A DNA stretch of 64,000 nt. It comes from Pseudovirgaria hyperparasitica. Taxonomy: Eukaryota. The notes beneath the pieces were generated by a model. The model did no database searches, was not told where the DNA came from, and saw nothing but the letters and a program-made list of their open reading frames with translations. Below, in pieces: positions 1-13,706 of the stretch. Each line of letters opens with the position of its first letter. The first letter of the stretch is position 1. The position numbers and the translations under genes were made by a program. The DNA is taken from NCBI GenBank assembly GCA_010093815.1, contig ML996572.1; one strand, 5' to 3'.

Positions 1-16
1 CTCCCCCCTCAAACAG

Positions 17-526
17 TTCAAAATGAAGCGCAACCCCCGCAAACTAGCCTGGACCAAATCCTTCCGCCGCGCGCACAACAAAGAGCTCGCCGTCGACAGC
101 ACCCTCCTCTTCGCCGCCCGGCGCAACGTGCCCACGCGCTACAACCGCGACCTCGTCGCCAAAACCCTCAAGGCCATGGCCCGCGTCGCCGAGATCCGCA
201 AGAAGCGCGAGCGCGTCTTCTACAGACGGCGCATGGCCGGGAATAAGGAGCGGCAGCGCGCCGCGGATCGGAAGCTGGTGCGGGAGAATCAGCATCTTTT
301 GCCGGTGGGCATGAGGGATGAGGTTAGGAGGGTGTTGGAGGATGGTGATAAGGAAGAGGAGGTCGTGGGTATGGAGGTTGAGGGGCAGGAGGAGGTGCTG
401 AGTGAGGTGGAAGTGGAGGAGGAGGAGGAGGAGGAGTTGAGGGTCAAGGCGCCGAAGAAGGCGGTTAAGAAGAAGCAGAAGCTTGTGCGCGGGAGCGGGC
501 CTGAGGCTATGGAGGTGGATGGATGA
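17..526 (+). CDS. RLP24: Ribosome biogenesis protein Rlp24 (L24e family), last exon; 5' exons lie outside the window
   Basis: Acceptor ...aaacag at 16, then [44 protein letters not shown], typical of Rlp24; acidic/basic tail. Confidence 0.92.
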   Translation, partial: FKMKRNPRKLAWTKSFRRAHNKELAVDSTLLFAARRNVPTRYNRDLVAKTLKAMARVAEIRKKRERVFYRRRMAGNKERQRAADRKLVRENQHLLPVGMRDEVRRVLEDGDKEEEVVGMEVEGQEEVLSEVEVEEEEEEELRVKAPKKAVKKKQKLVRGSGPEAMEVDG

Positions 527-1182
527 ACGTTGGAGCTGGAGCCGAGAAGAATATTTTTCCACGGTGTAGTGAGATCCCCCCCTTTTTCTCAGTAGTTGGC
601 ATTGCAAGGAGTTTTCGGCGCAGATTTGACGGGGCAACGGGGCAGAGCACCTCGGAAAGAAAAGACCGGGTTTTTCAATTGGCTTTGTTCTAGGTAGAGC
701 CGCCCACATTCCCTAGCAGGACTACCTATATACACATGTGTGTACGTATGTGTATGGAAAGCCGTTGACTTTGACAAAAGCCGAGTACATCATATATATC
801 GGACGTGCGTTGTAGTTCGATAATAGATCTACAGGCAGGCAGACACCCGTGTGCTATGTACAAGAGCAGCAAGATACGAGACGCGGTGGAACGGATCTCT
901 CTTCTCTGCAGGAAACCTAGATAGTACAACAAAGGACGAGGAAAAAGCTGTAGATGTACAAGGCATCAACGTCGTGATTCCCGTGAGACACATCCTAGTA
1001 GCGAGCATGTACGCTCAAAACATGCCAGGCATGGATGGACAAGACCAAAATAAAAAAACAAGCACACTCCCCACCCACGCCAGTCGTAAACGTCCATCGT
1101 CAGTCCTTCATTTTCTTACATTGACCACCAGGGCTCTCATGGCTCTAATTTTACTTCTACGCATCAATCACTACCACTTCTA

Positions 1183-4100
1183 TTAGTGCGTCCCATTTTC
1201 GCCGTTACTATTACCATTAAGTACCCCGGTCATGCCTATGCCGTCAAAGCCGCCTTCGCCCTGCATGTCTGCCCAGTCCCACTCGAGCGTCATGGGCATC
1301 TGCCACAACTCCTGTGGTACAAATGGTTGCTGGAACGAATTGCCCATATCCATACCACCAGGACCGGTACCAGGCGTGTTGGGTGAGTAGTTTGCGCCAT
1401 TAGTGCCGTTACCGTTGGTCATAAAAGATGATGGAGGCATATCAGAAGAAGATGGCATGTTGCCCATGTTGCTGTCGCCGTTGATATCGGCGCCCCAGCC
1501 ATGTAGAGAGTTGTGGGTAAAGTTGGGGGAGAAAGGGAATGGCTGTATGTTGTTAGTTATGTTTCCACGCCAGTAATCGCCATGATAATATGGTGAAACT
1601 TACCGGGTCCGACGTGTCCGAGTACGCACCGGGCGTCATGCCCGGCCCACTCGGCCCAAATCCGTTCCCATTCACTGGCGTCACAGGTGTGTTGAAGCCT
1701 TGCGACTGCCTTCTCTCGTTATTTTGCGGCGTAACGTGCGGGCGTGGCACGTCAAGATGCGGTGGTGCGGAGCCATTTTTAGATGCGTCTTTGTCTACGT
1801 GATTCTTCCTCTTGCGTCGTGATGAGGTTTCTCGATCAGCTTTTTCGCAAACAACCTTGGCAATGCGTTCAAATTCGGCGCACACGCTTAGCATGCGCTT
1901 CACGCTTGAGTCGGACTCGTACGAGAGCTTTGACAGGAAGCTGACGACGCTGTTCATGAGTTTGAGGTCTGAGCGTGTGCGGGTGTCTTGTGGATTTTGA
2001 AGGATGTTGGCGAACAGCGTGACGAGAGCGGACACGGGAAAGTAGATGATTAGCCAGACGCAGGAGAAGTCTCCTGCAGGTACGTATTTAATCAGATGTA
2101 TCGATGCTCGAGCAGCTTGCACACAGAGTGTAGCTGATGAGAAGACTCTTGGGTTTAGTGGTCTAGCGTTCAGTCCTTGAATTGCGAAATTAGACAGTCT
2201 ACTGGTCCAGTAGCCGTGGTGGACGGACATGCGGTGGATGGTGGTAAGGCAGTTGTAGTACGAGAAATGCAGTACGACAACATGTAGGACGAGCGGCGTG
2301 TGAGCAGCTTTGATCTCATGCTCTGGACGGAAATCCATAGGTATCCCGTCTTTCCAGTCTTCCAACTCTCTATCAAGTTCGCCAATCGTGTTCAGTAGCT
2401 CTCCATCAGACTGCTTAGCGGCCTTGCAGGAATATAAGCCTCTGTACACTTTGCTCTCGATTACAGCAAACGTGCACATCAACCTGAAGAGGTTGACTTT
2501 GCCTTTGCCGTCGGCTAATGGAATGTTGCCAATGTTGTCTGGCGGGTCTTCACTTGGCAGTTCAACATTCATGTCATCGTCATCCTGGATTGGAGGTCGT
2601 CCAGATCGTAGACATATATCGCGGTCGAGCATGTACGCTATCCAAAACACCCGCTTCCGTTGCTCGATCTCGCCAGGGCTGAGGTTAAACCCGGAGCCTC
2701 GCTTATGCAGGCCAATGCTGTGCGACAGGCGAATCGCAGCGGCAACTAGGAAGAATGACGGCTGCGGATTGGGTGTTCCCATCAAGAACAGAGCCATACC
2801 AAGGAGTGCTTGGACGCTGAGCAAGTCAGTATTGCGGATCGTTAGTTCCGACTGAACTGCCATGGCGTTCTTGAGATAGCCCCAAGCTTTCTGGTCTTCT
2901 TCCTGGGGAACAAGATTGCTCATGACGCGGAGTCTGTGAGCGATAGCCAGAGCCACATTAAAACTTGCCCACCAACCAGAGCCTTCATAGGGGTCGCGTT
3001 CATAATGCTTGTCCACCAAGTGCATAAAGGTGGGCTCATGGAATAATGGGAACATGCAGTTGAAGTTTTCGAAGAAATCCTTCAGCAGCGACAAAGCTTC
3101 ATGTTTCGGTGGTAATTGTTTGTAGACTTTTCGGTCGAAGATGTCGCGGAACACGTCTGGTTTCCAATGAATCCACTTATTATCCTCGATAGAAGCAGTT
3201 GAAATCATCTCCTGGAAGGACGCGTCCCCCGTCTTTTCATTCACCCATTGTATGCCCTTCGGAGAGAAGATGGAGAAACCTGAAGATGAACCGATGTATC
3301 TCGTCTCGCCACAATTATTCGTCACAAGCGAGCACATCATGTCTGAGAGAGCTTCCACCTCTTCTTCTTTCCGCTCTGTCTCCGGTTGTGGCGTTTGTTC
3401 CTGCACAGACTTCGCTCTACCTGGCTGAGGTGATGTGACGGTGCTTTTTGGGCTTGCCACTGAGGGCGGCTTAGAAGCTGTCTTGGAGGTTTCTTGCATG
3501 CCTTCACTTGAGCTGGGTCGCGCATCAGTTAGAGACTCGTCTTCTCCTCCTGGTGAAGTGACTTTTGGAGATTTCTCGCTCGACTGTTTTGTAGTAGTAC
3601 TGCTCTTTGCCTTCTCAACGAGACGCTTTTCCAATGTGCCCAGGTCTGTGCGTCCGTCGTCTTCTTCAGAGAGCAGACCGGAAAGGCGCAAAAGTGATTC
3701 CATACGACCTAGGCGGTTCTCGAGACCTTCGATATACTTGGCACTAGCATAAACGTTAGCGAGCATACAGTCATAGAACACAGAAACAGCATACCCCTTG
3801 GGTGGTTGCCTCTTCTTCTCCACTTGCGTAAAGACGCATTCTGTTTTGTAATTTTGGCAATGCGTACACGACGGCTGTTTGCCTGCGCACTGTCAGCGTG
3901 GCGAGGCAAGTGAGTGCGTGTGTTGACTGACCGTCGCACTTGATCTTCTTTCTCCTGCATTGGTCGCAGGCGCGAGCTATTCTCCTCCTCTTGGAATCAC
4001 CTTGATCACCGCCCTCGTAGTTCAGATCATCTTCGTTGAACATGTTGCCAGAGAGGGAGGGGGGCATCTGGGTGGCATCCATGTCGTAGTTCCCAAAGAT

Positions 4101-4187
4101 TCTCGGTGGCTGATTGACAAGAGGAGGTCCTTGCGGTAGACCGTGCATGAACGCGATGCCGTTCTGATCCATTGCTGAAGCGTCCAT
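1183..4187 (-). CDS. atrR: Zn(II)2Cys6 transcription factor with fungal-specific TF domain, AtrR-like (ABC-transporter/azole-resistance regulator); 4 exons
   Basis: [66 protein letters not shown]; middle homology region ([25 protein letters not shown]); C-terminal [26 protein letters not shown] introns near 3.90, 3.77 and 1.57 kb. Confidence 0.8.
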
Positions 4188-5651
4188 GTTCGCAATAGCT
4201 GGAGGCACGAAGGGGTCGATGAAGCTGGAGTGAAGCTGCAGACAGCAACAGCTGAACGTGTGAGAGAGGCGACGGTCGGATGGCAAGACGTATATTCGAC
4301 AAGTACAACAAAGTCTGTATGTAGTGCTTACGGGCGGGACGTGAGGGGCGGTCGATGAATAATACAGGGCCGATGCCTGTCACCGAGTCGTAGTTCAGGG
4401 ATAATGGGTATAACGCAATGGCGTTGCAGGACAAAGTGTGAAGCTATCAATCAACACGCGTAGTATCCGGATGCCGGCACCAGGATCAGAGACGAGGTAG
4501 AAAAGAAGGCGATTGAGTGAATGAAGTGAAGAGTGGCCAAAGGGACCGACCGGACGAAAGCGACCGGATCTGAAGAGAAAGTACTTCTTCACTCTAACCA
4601 TTATTGACCAACCCAGCTAGGTAGGCGTAGGCCACAGCTAGCTATAATAGTACCTAGGTAGGGAGTAATAAGCAACTTTAGCTGGGTAGATGGGGTGATG
4701 ATGCAGCTGCAGGTTCGTGGGTCTTCGGGGGGGTCTTTAGGGTGTTCTTTGGGGGGTTCTTGGAGGCTGGAGGGGCAGTGTTGGAGCTGCAGCTAATTCA
4801 TACTACTAATTAGTAATTACAGCTGGAGTCTTGTCTACTGTATCTGGTATATAGATTGGATGGGCTATGATTCTCCTTCTTCACTGTTTCTCCAACTGTA
4901 AAATATACTCCTTTGATTTTCATGATGATGGTAGAATCTGGAGGCACAAAATGATCATCATGGTCCGATTTGGGGCTGTGCAGTCCACGGGTGACGGGTG
5001 CACCTCTTGGTCCCTCGCATGTTCCTCGCGTGGCCGCCCCTCTCCTGTATACGGTGAGTAATACCCAGGGGTCTAGAGTCTACCTACCTTAGACTACTTA
5101 ATCATATATAATACACACACGTACGTAACTAGCACTGTAGGCCGCTTACCAGATCGGTTCATAACATGGAAGTCATCGTGTTGTTCAGCCTTCGTGTTGC
5201 CAGCACACGCCCAAGAAACCATCTAGTCATATTACAGTACTTTGACGTGGCTCTCTAGAATCCTAGCGGGCTGCAGCCTGAGGGTAACCTTATACATAGA
5301 GAAAAATGCATCCATCATTTACATATTTATCTTCACCACCTCCACAACCACCGTTGCGCCACGGGATACCATCAGTAGCGCCACAGAGAAGCTTGGACTT
5401 GGACTTCAAGCCTTGCCTTTGTCTCGTATCGCCTCGCCCTGCTCTCTACCCATGGATGCAAGGAGAAAGCTGAGGAGGTCCGCAGGTGGAGCTTGAGCTC
5501 GGCTTTAGCCCATGTCGGTCTCTCCAGCAATGCATGTGCCAATCACAAAGCTTCTTCTGACTCCCGCCACAACTGCATAGCCGTACAACTAATTGACTCC
5601 CTCTCTGTACGCGTCAACTCGTCTTTTCACAATCTCACACACCGTTCGACT

Positions 5652-7089
5652 ATGGCAAATCCTACTCCTTTGACTGCTGCCGAGCTTCAAGCCCATCCAG
5701 AGTTCAAGCACGTTACCTGGGACCTCAAACCCGAGAAGAAGGAATCTGTCGCTGTGGCCAATGGTCGTGGAGGCCCTATCAATATCGCATATGAAGTCCA
5801 TGGCCATGGTGATATTCATCTCGTGGTAAGTATGCGTTATAGAAAAGTCCAATACCTATAAGAAGCGACGTTATAACCTTTGCGTAACGTTGCTTGTTCT
5901 GGCGAACATCTTTCCGAGTCTCGCGTTTCAACACCTCGTTTGCATGTCATACATATCTTTATATCGTGTCTCAAGTTCCTGCACTGCCTCATGATTCCCG
6001 TTTGGACATTCCCATGCACGGAACGAGCTATCAAATTTCATTCCATGCCTATACTCTTACCACTCATTCATGCACTTACGAAGACACATCCATCATGCAT
6101 TGGTCAACACATGTAACTAAGCCAATCCCAGTGGGTAATGGGCCTAGGCGCCTTCAAAAGCGCCTGGCAACGTCAAACCAAAGACTTCGCCCATACCCAG
6201 GCCTCCAAATACACATCCCTGATCTTCGACAATCGCGGCATGGGCGAATCCGACAAGCCACTGGCCCGCTACTCGACCTCTGACATGGCTCTCGACGCCA
6301 TCGAACTTTTGGACCATCTCGGATGGACAGGCAGGCGACAATGCCACATCATCGGCATTAGCATGGGCGGCATGATTTCGCAGGAGATTGTGCGTATAGG
6401 TAGTCCATAGCACGACATGAAACGGTCTTGACGTGGCATGCAGGCAATCCGCATTCCCTCTCGCATCGCATCACTTTCGCTCGTCTCTACAGCGCCGCGG
6501 CTCGTCAACACGGTCGGCTTTGTTGAGAACATCCGCAATCGCATCAACCTGTTCATCCCGCGCCACATCGACGAGCAACTCACACGCGTGAAGTACAACT
6601 TGTTCACTGCCGACTGGTGCAACGCGCCAGACGAGCACGAATACACGGTCAAGTCGTTCCCGACCAACGGCGATCGTATGATGGCGTCGGAAATCACGAA
6701 GCGCAATAACACGGCACAGTTCACACGGCGCGGCTTCCTCTTACAGATCATCGCGGCCGGATGGCACCACAAATCGGATGCTCAGTTGAAGCAGATTGGC
6801 GACGAAGTGGGGAGGGAGAGAATCATGGTTGTGCATGGGACAAATGACAACATGATCACTTTTCCGCATGGCCCGATGCTATTGAAAGGGCTAGGGGGTG
6901 AGGAAGGAGGCGTGACAAAGAAATTCATTGATGGGCAGGGACACATGGTAAGCTTCCATCATATACGATATGTTGATGTGGGCAATTGCTAACCGGTCTC
7001 CATAGCTACCGGCGGAGATGAGGAAGGAATTCAATGGATGGATCGAGGATCTGGTGCGGAGAGGTGAAGAGTTGAATAGTAAGAGTTGA
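5652..7089 (+). CDS. Alpha/beta-hydrolase fold protein; 4 exons
   Basis: IAYEVHGHG..LV|WVMGLG, FDNRGMGES, nucleophile elbow GISMGG, HGTNDNMI, GQGHM; first intron 5826-6131. Confidence 0.85.
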
Positions 7090-8024
7090 TGGTTCCAATC
7101 GACACTGGGCAAAGATAAAGGCTGATGTCCAGAATGATAGACGCTAAGTTGATATAGCACAACTAAGGTTTTCAACGCTAAGCTCGAAAATAATTGACAC
7201 AAATCTATATCCACGTGACCGTCTCCTTCTCCCATGACACCACACGCATAGAATTACCACTGACTGAGATGACCCGACGAATTGGACTCGGAGACGACTG
7301 ATGTCGAGGTCTATTTGATCCTCCATGGTCCCTACTGTTCATTCATCTGCATTACATGCACACAGTCCGTTCCACTTCCCACTCAGCCGTACCAATTTTT
7401 GAGACTTACTTCTGCTCGGGCAGTGGTCTTTTTCGCCTTTCGTACAGATACAGTGGACATTTCTGTGGATCGGAGATGAGGTATTTTGACCGGGATAGTC
7501 CCGTTCTTTCCTCGCATGTCGACAAATGACGTTGCGCCAAGATTTCAGGCGGTCAGGCGCGTACATATTGTTTCCCGTTCTGGCTATTACCAGAAAACTT
7601 TGCTTCGTCGCCCCGCACCCGTTCCTTCCTAGATTGTGCTGTGGAAGAGGGGACTTATGTATAGTGATTATATAGCGGACAAAGGATCTCGTTCCTAGTT
7701 ACACCTGATGTGAATAATGGCATCAAAGAGCTCTGTCGTAGATATATTGCAGCTGTGTATTGTAGAATTAGCCTTATGCTGCAATACACTGGACTTGCCG
7801 GCATCATCCCTGCACTTAATAGCCGAGTGGAGCCAACGTGTGGAAGCTTGAGCTAGTGCACGCTCTGACCTTTTTCTTATATATCCCCATAATACATCTT
7901 TGCATATTTTCTCCGCATTCCTGCCATTCCTTGGTCTTTCTGCCTTTTTGTGCGTCTGTTTGAGTCTTGTTTTCAACTACATAGACCCATCATAATCACG
8001 AAAGATAGGCAAAAGTCTACAGGA

Positions 8025-9929
8025 ATGGCGAGAAAAGAACCGTGGTGGAGGATTCATCTCTGCCAGGGCATGATCAATGATGTGAGACGTCGCGCTCCGT
8101 ACTATGTGAGCGACTGGACAGATGCGTGGGACTATAGAGTCGTACCGGCGACTGTATACATGTACTTTGCAAAGTAAGACCTGTTCAACTATGCAAGGAC
8201 GGACACTGACGTTCTCTCAGTATCTTACCAGCTCTCGCATTTTCTCTCGACATGTTTACCAAAACCGCAATGAGCTTTGGCGTCAATGAGGTTCTGCTTG
8301 CATCTGTTCTCGGTGCTGTCGTTTTTGCTGTCTTTGCTGCTCAGCCACTGGTCATTGTTGGCGTCACAGGTATGTCTCCTTTTCCGTAATGCTGCTCATC
8401 CATCTGACTCCTGAAGGACCCATCACGGTCTTCAACTACACAGTCTACGACATCATGACACCGAGGGGGACGAATTATTTTGCCTTCATGTGCTGGATTG
8501 GCATGTACGTCTGCCCCCCCCCCCCCCCCTATTCACAATTGACCCAGAAAGAGACTGACACAACTACAGTTGGTCCCTGATAATGCACACCATTCTCGCC
8601 ATCACAAACTCCTGCAACGCCCTCCGCTACGTAACCCGTTTCTCATGCGACATCTTCGGCTTCTACGTCGCCCTGATCTACCTCCAGAAAGGCATCCAGG
8701 TCCTCACCCGCCAATGGGCCTCCGGCGACGCCTCCGCCTACCTCTCCATCGTCGTCGCTCTCCTCGTCACCGCCGTCGCCTACCTCTGCTCCCTCATCGG
8801 CACCAGCTCCCTCTTCCACCGCGTCGTGCGCAAATTCATCGAAGACTACGGCACCCCGCTCACAATCATCTTCTTCACCGGCTTCGTGCACATCGGCCGC
8901 ATGCGCACCGTCGAAACCGAAAAACTCCCCGTCTCACGCGCCTTCTACCCAACCCAGGACCGCAGCTGGCTCGTGCCCTTCTGGGCCGACATCAGCGTCC
9001 CAGACATCTTCATCGCCCTGCCCTTCGCCCTCCTCCTCACCATCCTCTTCTGGTTCGACCACAACGTCTCCTCGCTCATCGCCCAGGGCACCGAGTTCCC
9101 CCTCCGCAAACCCGCCGGCTTCCACTGGGACATCTTCCTCCTCGGCATCACCACCTTCGTCGCCGGCCTCCTCGGCATCCCCTTTCCCAACGGCCTCATC
9201 CCGCAAGCCCCCTTCCACACCGCCTCCCTCTGCGCCACCCGCACCATCGCCTCCTCCTCCTCCTCCCCATCACCCACCAAACCCGACCATCCCCACACCA
9301 CTAAACGCATCACCTCCCACGTCGTCGAACAGCGCGCGTCAAACCTCGCCCAAGGCCTCCTCACCCTCGGCACCATGACCGGGCCCCTCCTCACCGTCCT
9401 CCACCTCATCCCCCAGTCCGTCCTCGCAGGCCTCTTCTTCACAATGGGCATCCAAGCCCTCCAATCCAACCCCATCACAACCCGCATCCTCTACCTCCTC
9501 ACCTCCCGGCCCCTCCTCCCACATGGTTCCCCCCTAAACTCACTGTCCCGCCGCAGCATCGCATGCTTTACCGCAATCCAATTGCTTGGCTTCGCGGCTA
9601 CGTTTGCGGTCACGCAGACGATTGCCGCGGTCGGGTTCCCGTTGGTGATTCTGGGGCTTATTCCGTTGCGGACGTGGGTTTTGCCGCTGTGGTTTGTGCG
9701 TGGGGAGTTGATGGTCTTGGATGAGGCGACGGCGAGTGCGTTTACGATGGTTAGTTGTGGGGGGATTCATGGGGCGAGTGGGACCGAGGTGGGGGACGAG
9801 GAGGAGGTGGGAGAGGGCCGGGACGTGGAAAGCGGTGGTGGAGGAAGCGGGTCAGGGGAGAAAAGGGGGGAGGAAGGAGGGGTTGTGAATAGGGGTGGAT
9901 TTAAGGGGGATGCAGGAGAGGCCAAATGA
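8025..9929 (+). CDS. BOR1: SLC4/HCO3- transporter family boron efflux transporter; 4 exons
   Basis: GMINDVRRRAPYYVSDWTDAWDYRVVPATVYMYFA, QPLVIVGVTGPITVFNY, FDHNVSSLIAQGTEFPLRKPAGFHWD, NGLIPQAPFHT, VVEQRASNL. Confidence 0.9.
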
Positions 9930-10232
9930 GAGAGGTAAAAAGTTGCATCGAAGCGAGCAATATAGCCATATTGGATAATGTATTAATTCTTCGTCCACTG
10001 GATCAATGTTCTTATTACGGAACAGACAAAAAGGTGGGTATCTGGCGATGGAACGACCAGGAAAGAACACAATCACACGCCTGCTTTTAGAAAAAACGCG
10101 TCCAGTCCTTTACAGACCCAGCCATGAGACGAGTCAACGACTACAACCGCCGCAACACCATGAATGCATATTCCCACCTCTATACCTGCCAGGATCGCCG
10201 CCTGTCAGTCCCCGTCTCCCGACAATGGTCCC

Positions 10233-13200
10233 TCAATACGGCGGTACAGCCCTCTCTCCGACCGCCGCCTCGTCGCCATCATCCCCAACATCAATCGCCT
10301 CCAACAAGCCCGAGAAATCAGGCCGCGGCCCCGTCATCGTGCTCTCCCTAGTGCGCGTCTTCGCCACGCGCATACTACCCTTCACGCTACCCTTCACACT
10401 GCCCTGTCTCAGGCTGCGAGCCTTCTCACCACCAGCATTTCCCCTCGACACAACGCCCTCGCCACTGCCATTGCTATTGCCAATAGCCTCACTCCCAGGC
10501 GCCGTACCAGGTCTACTGCGCACCGGACTGGCCGCTGCGCGAAGATTGGCGGGCAGCGGAGGCACAGGCGGGACAGAATCACGCTCGCGTTCACGCATGT
10601 ACTCTTGGATGTTTTGCTCGACTGTGATACCGCTAGTATTTCCGCCTGCGTTGGGCAATGGCGTGGCCTTTGGCGTGAGATCCAGCTCGCTCGGTTGGCC
10701 TGCCGTCACAAATGACACCTCACTGGCCGAGAAATCTGCGCTGACCATGCTCTCGCTCGTATCGTCGTCGGTCGGATCGAGCTGGCTGCGCGCGAGCCCA
10801 TGTACAGGGAAGCTGACACGTGTCGAGCCTGACAGAGCGCGTTTGAGGTCTGTAACCGTGGTGGCGGCGTGTGTGTCGGTAGTAGTACTCGTCGCAGTAG
10901 AACGGTTTTCCTTATCCCCGCGATCCTGACGGTTCCGAATTGACGCTGTATTCGCACCTGCTGAGCGACGACGTGCGGAGCGCTTCGTGGACGAGTGGAC
11001 TTCGATGTCAGAAATATTGCCGCCAGGTATGTTGACTGCAAGTAGGTTCTTGCCTGAAGAACGCGCGCCTTTGGAGCCGGATACAGACGCGGAGGAGTCT
11101 GAATCCTTTGCAGTGGCTGCGATGGTTGCTTCTTTGGTCCATGGCGCGAGGAGTTGGTCTTTAATGTCTGTAGGAAGATCATCGGCGGAGGAGCGTGAAG
11201 TAGGTGCAGCGAGGATCGGTGTGGAGAAGGAACGACCCGGAGAGCCAGGTGGGCTAGTAGGCGGGGAGATGAGGGTGCCACTGTAGCCTTGAATGATGAT
11301 GTCAACGAGGCCATCACGGTCGTCAAAAAGGCGTAAGTCGCCAGAGGAGGCATAGGCGCCCTGGCCATTGCTAGCACGGGAGTTTGAGCGGATGCTGTCG
11401 AGCGATGATGGGGGGACGCGTACGCCGTTACCCCAGAGTGAGGATTGATTGCGACGGGCGATTTCGCGCGATATGTTGTTGCCAATCTGGGAGTTTTGAA
11501 AGTCGAAGTGGACGCTGAGCCCCCAAAGATAGCCGTGCACAAGACTGCCCAGGTGGACTTTTGATTTCATATCTTGTGTCGTCTTGATGTCGTCCTGGAG
11601 CCGCATGATCATTGGCAGACCGTAGCGGAGGGCGTTGAGTCCAAGGTTCTGAACGAGAGACGTTAACAGCAGATGGAGCATCAAGATGTCGGGTTCAGAA
11701 GTGACATGCTGGTGGGCATTCTCGTAGATCGCCAGATGAAGCAAAGGTAGAAACGTTGAGTTCTTTGCAGGGCGAGGAGAGCGCTCACGGTGCGATGCGT
11801 TGGAGACGGCTCTCCTGACGAGGCTTTGTGCGCGTTCGACACTACCGCCTTGCTGTGGTATTCCCCTCCCTCTTGTCACACGGAGACTGCTTTTATCTGT
11901 TTCCTTTTCCAACCACGTGAGCAGAGCCTCGATGTATGCTTGCCGGACTTGGAGGGAGGGATCTCTGAGAAGCCACTGTGTGCCGTTCCAGACATCTACA
12001 CCCACTGATCCTCGACCTGCACCTCTGCCTCCAATCTTGGAATTGGCGACGATCAAGATTTCTCGGATTGCCGCAAGTGCAATCAGCCTGGCATTGTCGA
12101 AAGAGAAAAAGCTGGAGGTTCGGGGTTCGGAACTGGACGAGTCTGTGGTGGCTACACTGCTCTCCAAATTTGAGGGCTTGAGTCTTGATAATATCGTTGT
12201 GATCATGTCCGAGATCTGATCTGCATAGTATACGTGCGTTGCAAGCATCCCTATTGATGTCTGCAGTGTCGAGAGAAGTAGTTGTCTGGTGAAGGATGGC
12301 TCGACAGCAATCTCAATGACTGGATCTGAGTTTCCTTCAGACTTCTCTTTCATAGCGTCTTTCGATTCGCGAACAGGATTGATGGCGTCAGATTGTTGAT
12401 GATGTGGTCGTAATGCTGTGCTCTGCCCTCCAAGCTGCAACAATAGAAGCACGTGCTGGATGAAGCCAATGAGCACATCCATGATACTGAGCCCTATGAA
12501 GCTGATGTTGGAACTGAGCAAAGATTGGATCATGCTCGCAAATATCAACTGTTTTTGCAGATCTTCTTCCACGATCGGACTGCGTACTAATGACTCTACC
12601 GCACTAACCAGTACCACAAACCGATCTTGGACAGGAGTCCAGCCGCATATCATGGCAAACAGGGCATTTGGCCAGCTGCTGATCTGACTGGGTCGGTGTT
12701 CGTGATGTGTAAGTGTTTCATGTGTTCTAGAGCGATTTGCTACGAATGTGAGTACCGTACTCGTCGCCAATCGTAATTGGCCACGGTTCACGACGGTGAA
12801 GACGTTCCGAAGGGCTTGGAGTGCAACAATCCCAACCTCAATCTCGGCAAGCTTATCGGCCTCTGCGGTAGTCCCAGACGCAGCGACTGGATCAGCCTCA
12901 TCAGTTCCTGCTGTCTGAACGGTTGAAATGCTTTGTCTTCGCCGAAGGCCTTGCTCTTTTTCCTGTACCTCCTTCTCTTCCTCACGCTCCTGCAGTTCTT
13001 CCAAGTCTTTCCCATTATGCGAATACATGTTCAGGAGGATGGCGGGAATGATCACGGTTAGCTGTCGACTGGTCTCAGATCCGAGAGCTTCTGAGGCTGC
13101 GACTGCTTTGATCGCCTCTAAGCCGGCCTTTCGAAATCTTATTGCGACAGGCCAGCTTATTGAAGATTTTCCAGCGCTAGTTGTTTCCTTTGATGCGAAG

Positions 13201-13706
13201 TCTGCATACATTTTGACGATCTCCTCATATTGCGCAATGTAATCCTGGTCTGCCGCAAGTGTGATTGGGTCCTGATGAGCACATAATGCTTCCCAGGTTG
13301 GGACTGAATCCTCAACCATGTTGACATCATTGGATTGAAGTATCGTTCGAATCGAGTTCAGAATGGCACTCCGGTAAAGTGGAAGATCGCGTGGACATTT
13401 CTCGATCAGTGCCTGGAGAATTTCCAGGGTAACTTGTACATTTCTGAAGCTACGTCAGCGGGTGTAGCATATGGGATTCATGATTTCCTACCCGATGCGA
13501 CCCTTGTAGACATCGCTTACTGTCTTCCTATCCAGAAATTCAGTGACTTTGGTGAGTTTGCTGCGGCGTGTACTGGCGTAATAAAGGAGGTAGCTGAGTT
13601 CTGATGAATTGGGTTTCGCTTCGACGCTGTTCTTCTGCAGTCGAGGATAGCAATCAATGATCAGTGCCTGATGCTTTGGCCGGAGCCTTCGCCGTACGCC
13701 TTGCAT
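10233..13706 (-). CDS. EFR3: Efr3 (PI4-kinase complex plasma-membrane anchor); 2 exons
   Basis: N-terminal RPKHQALIIDCYP..KPNSSELSYLLYYASTRRSKLTKV; intron about 13440-13491; then NVQVTLEILQALIEKCPRDLPLY and a long helical ORF ending PPY. Confidence 0.9.

Noticed and set aside
8570..9524. Long overlapping and antisense ORFs in BOR1 (likewise in EFR3, LMBR1 and RLP24)
   Set aside because: Shadow ORFs caused by high GC and codon skew
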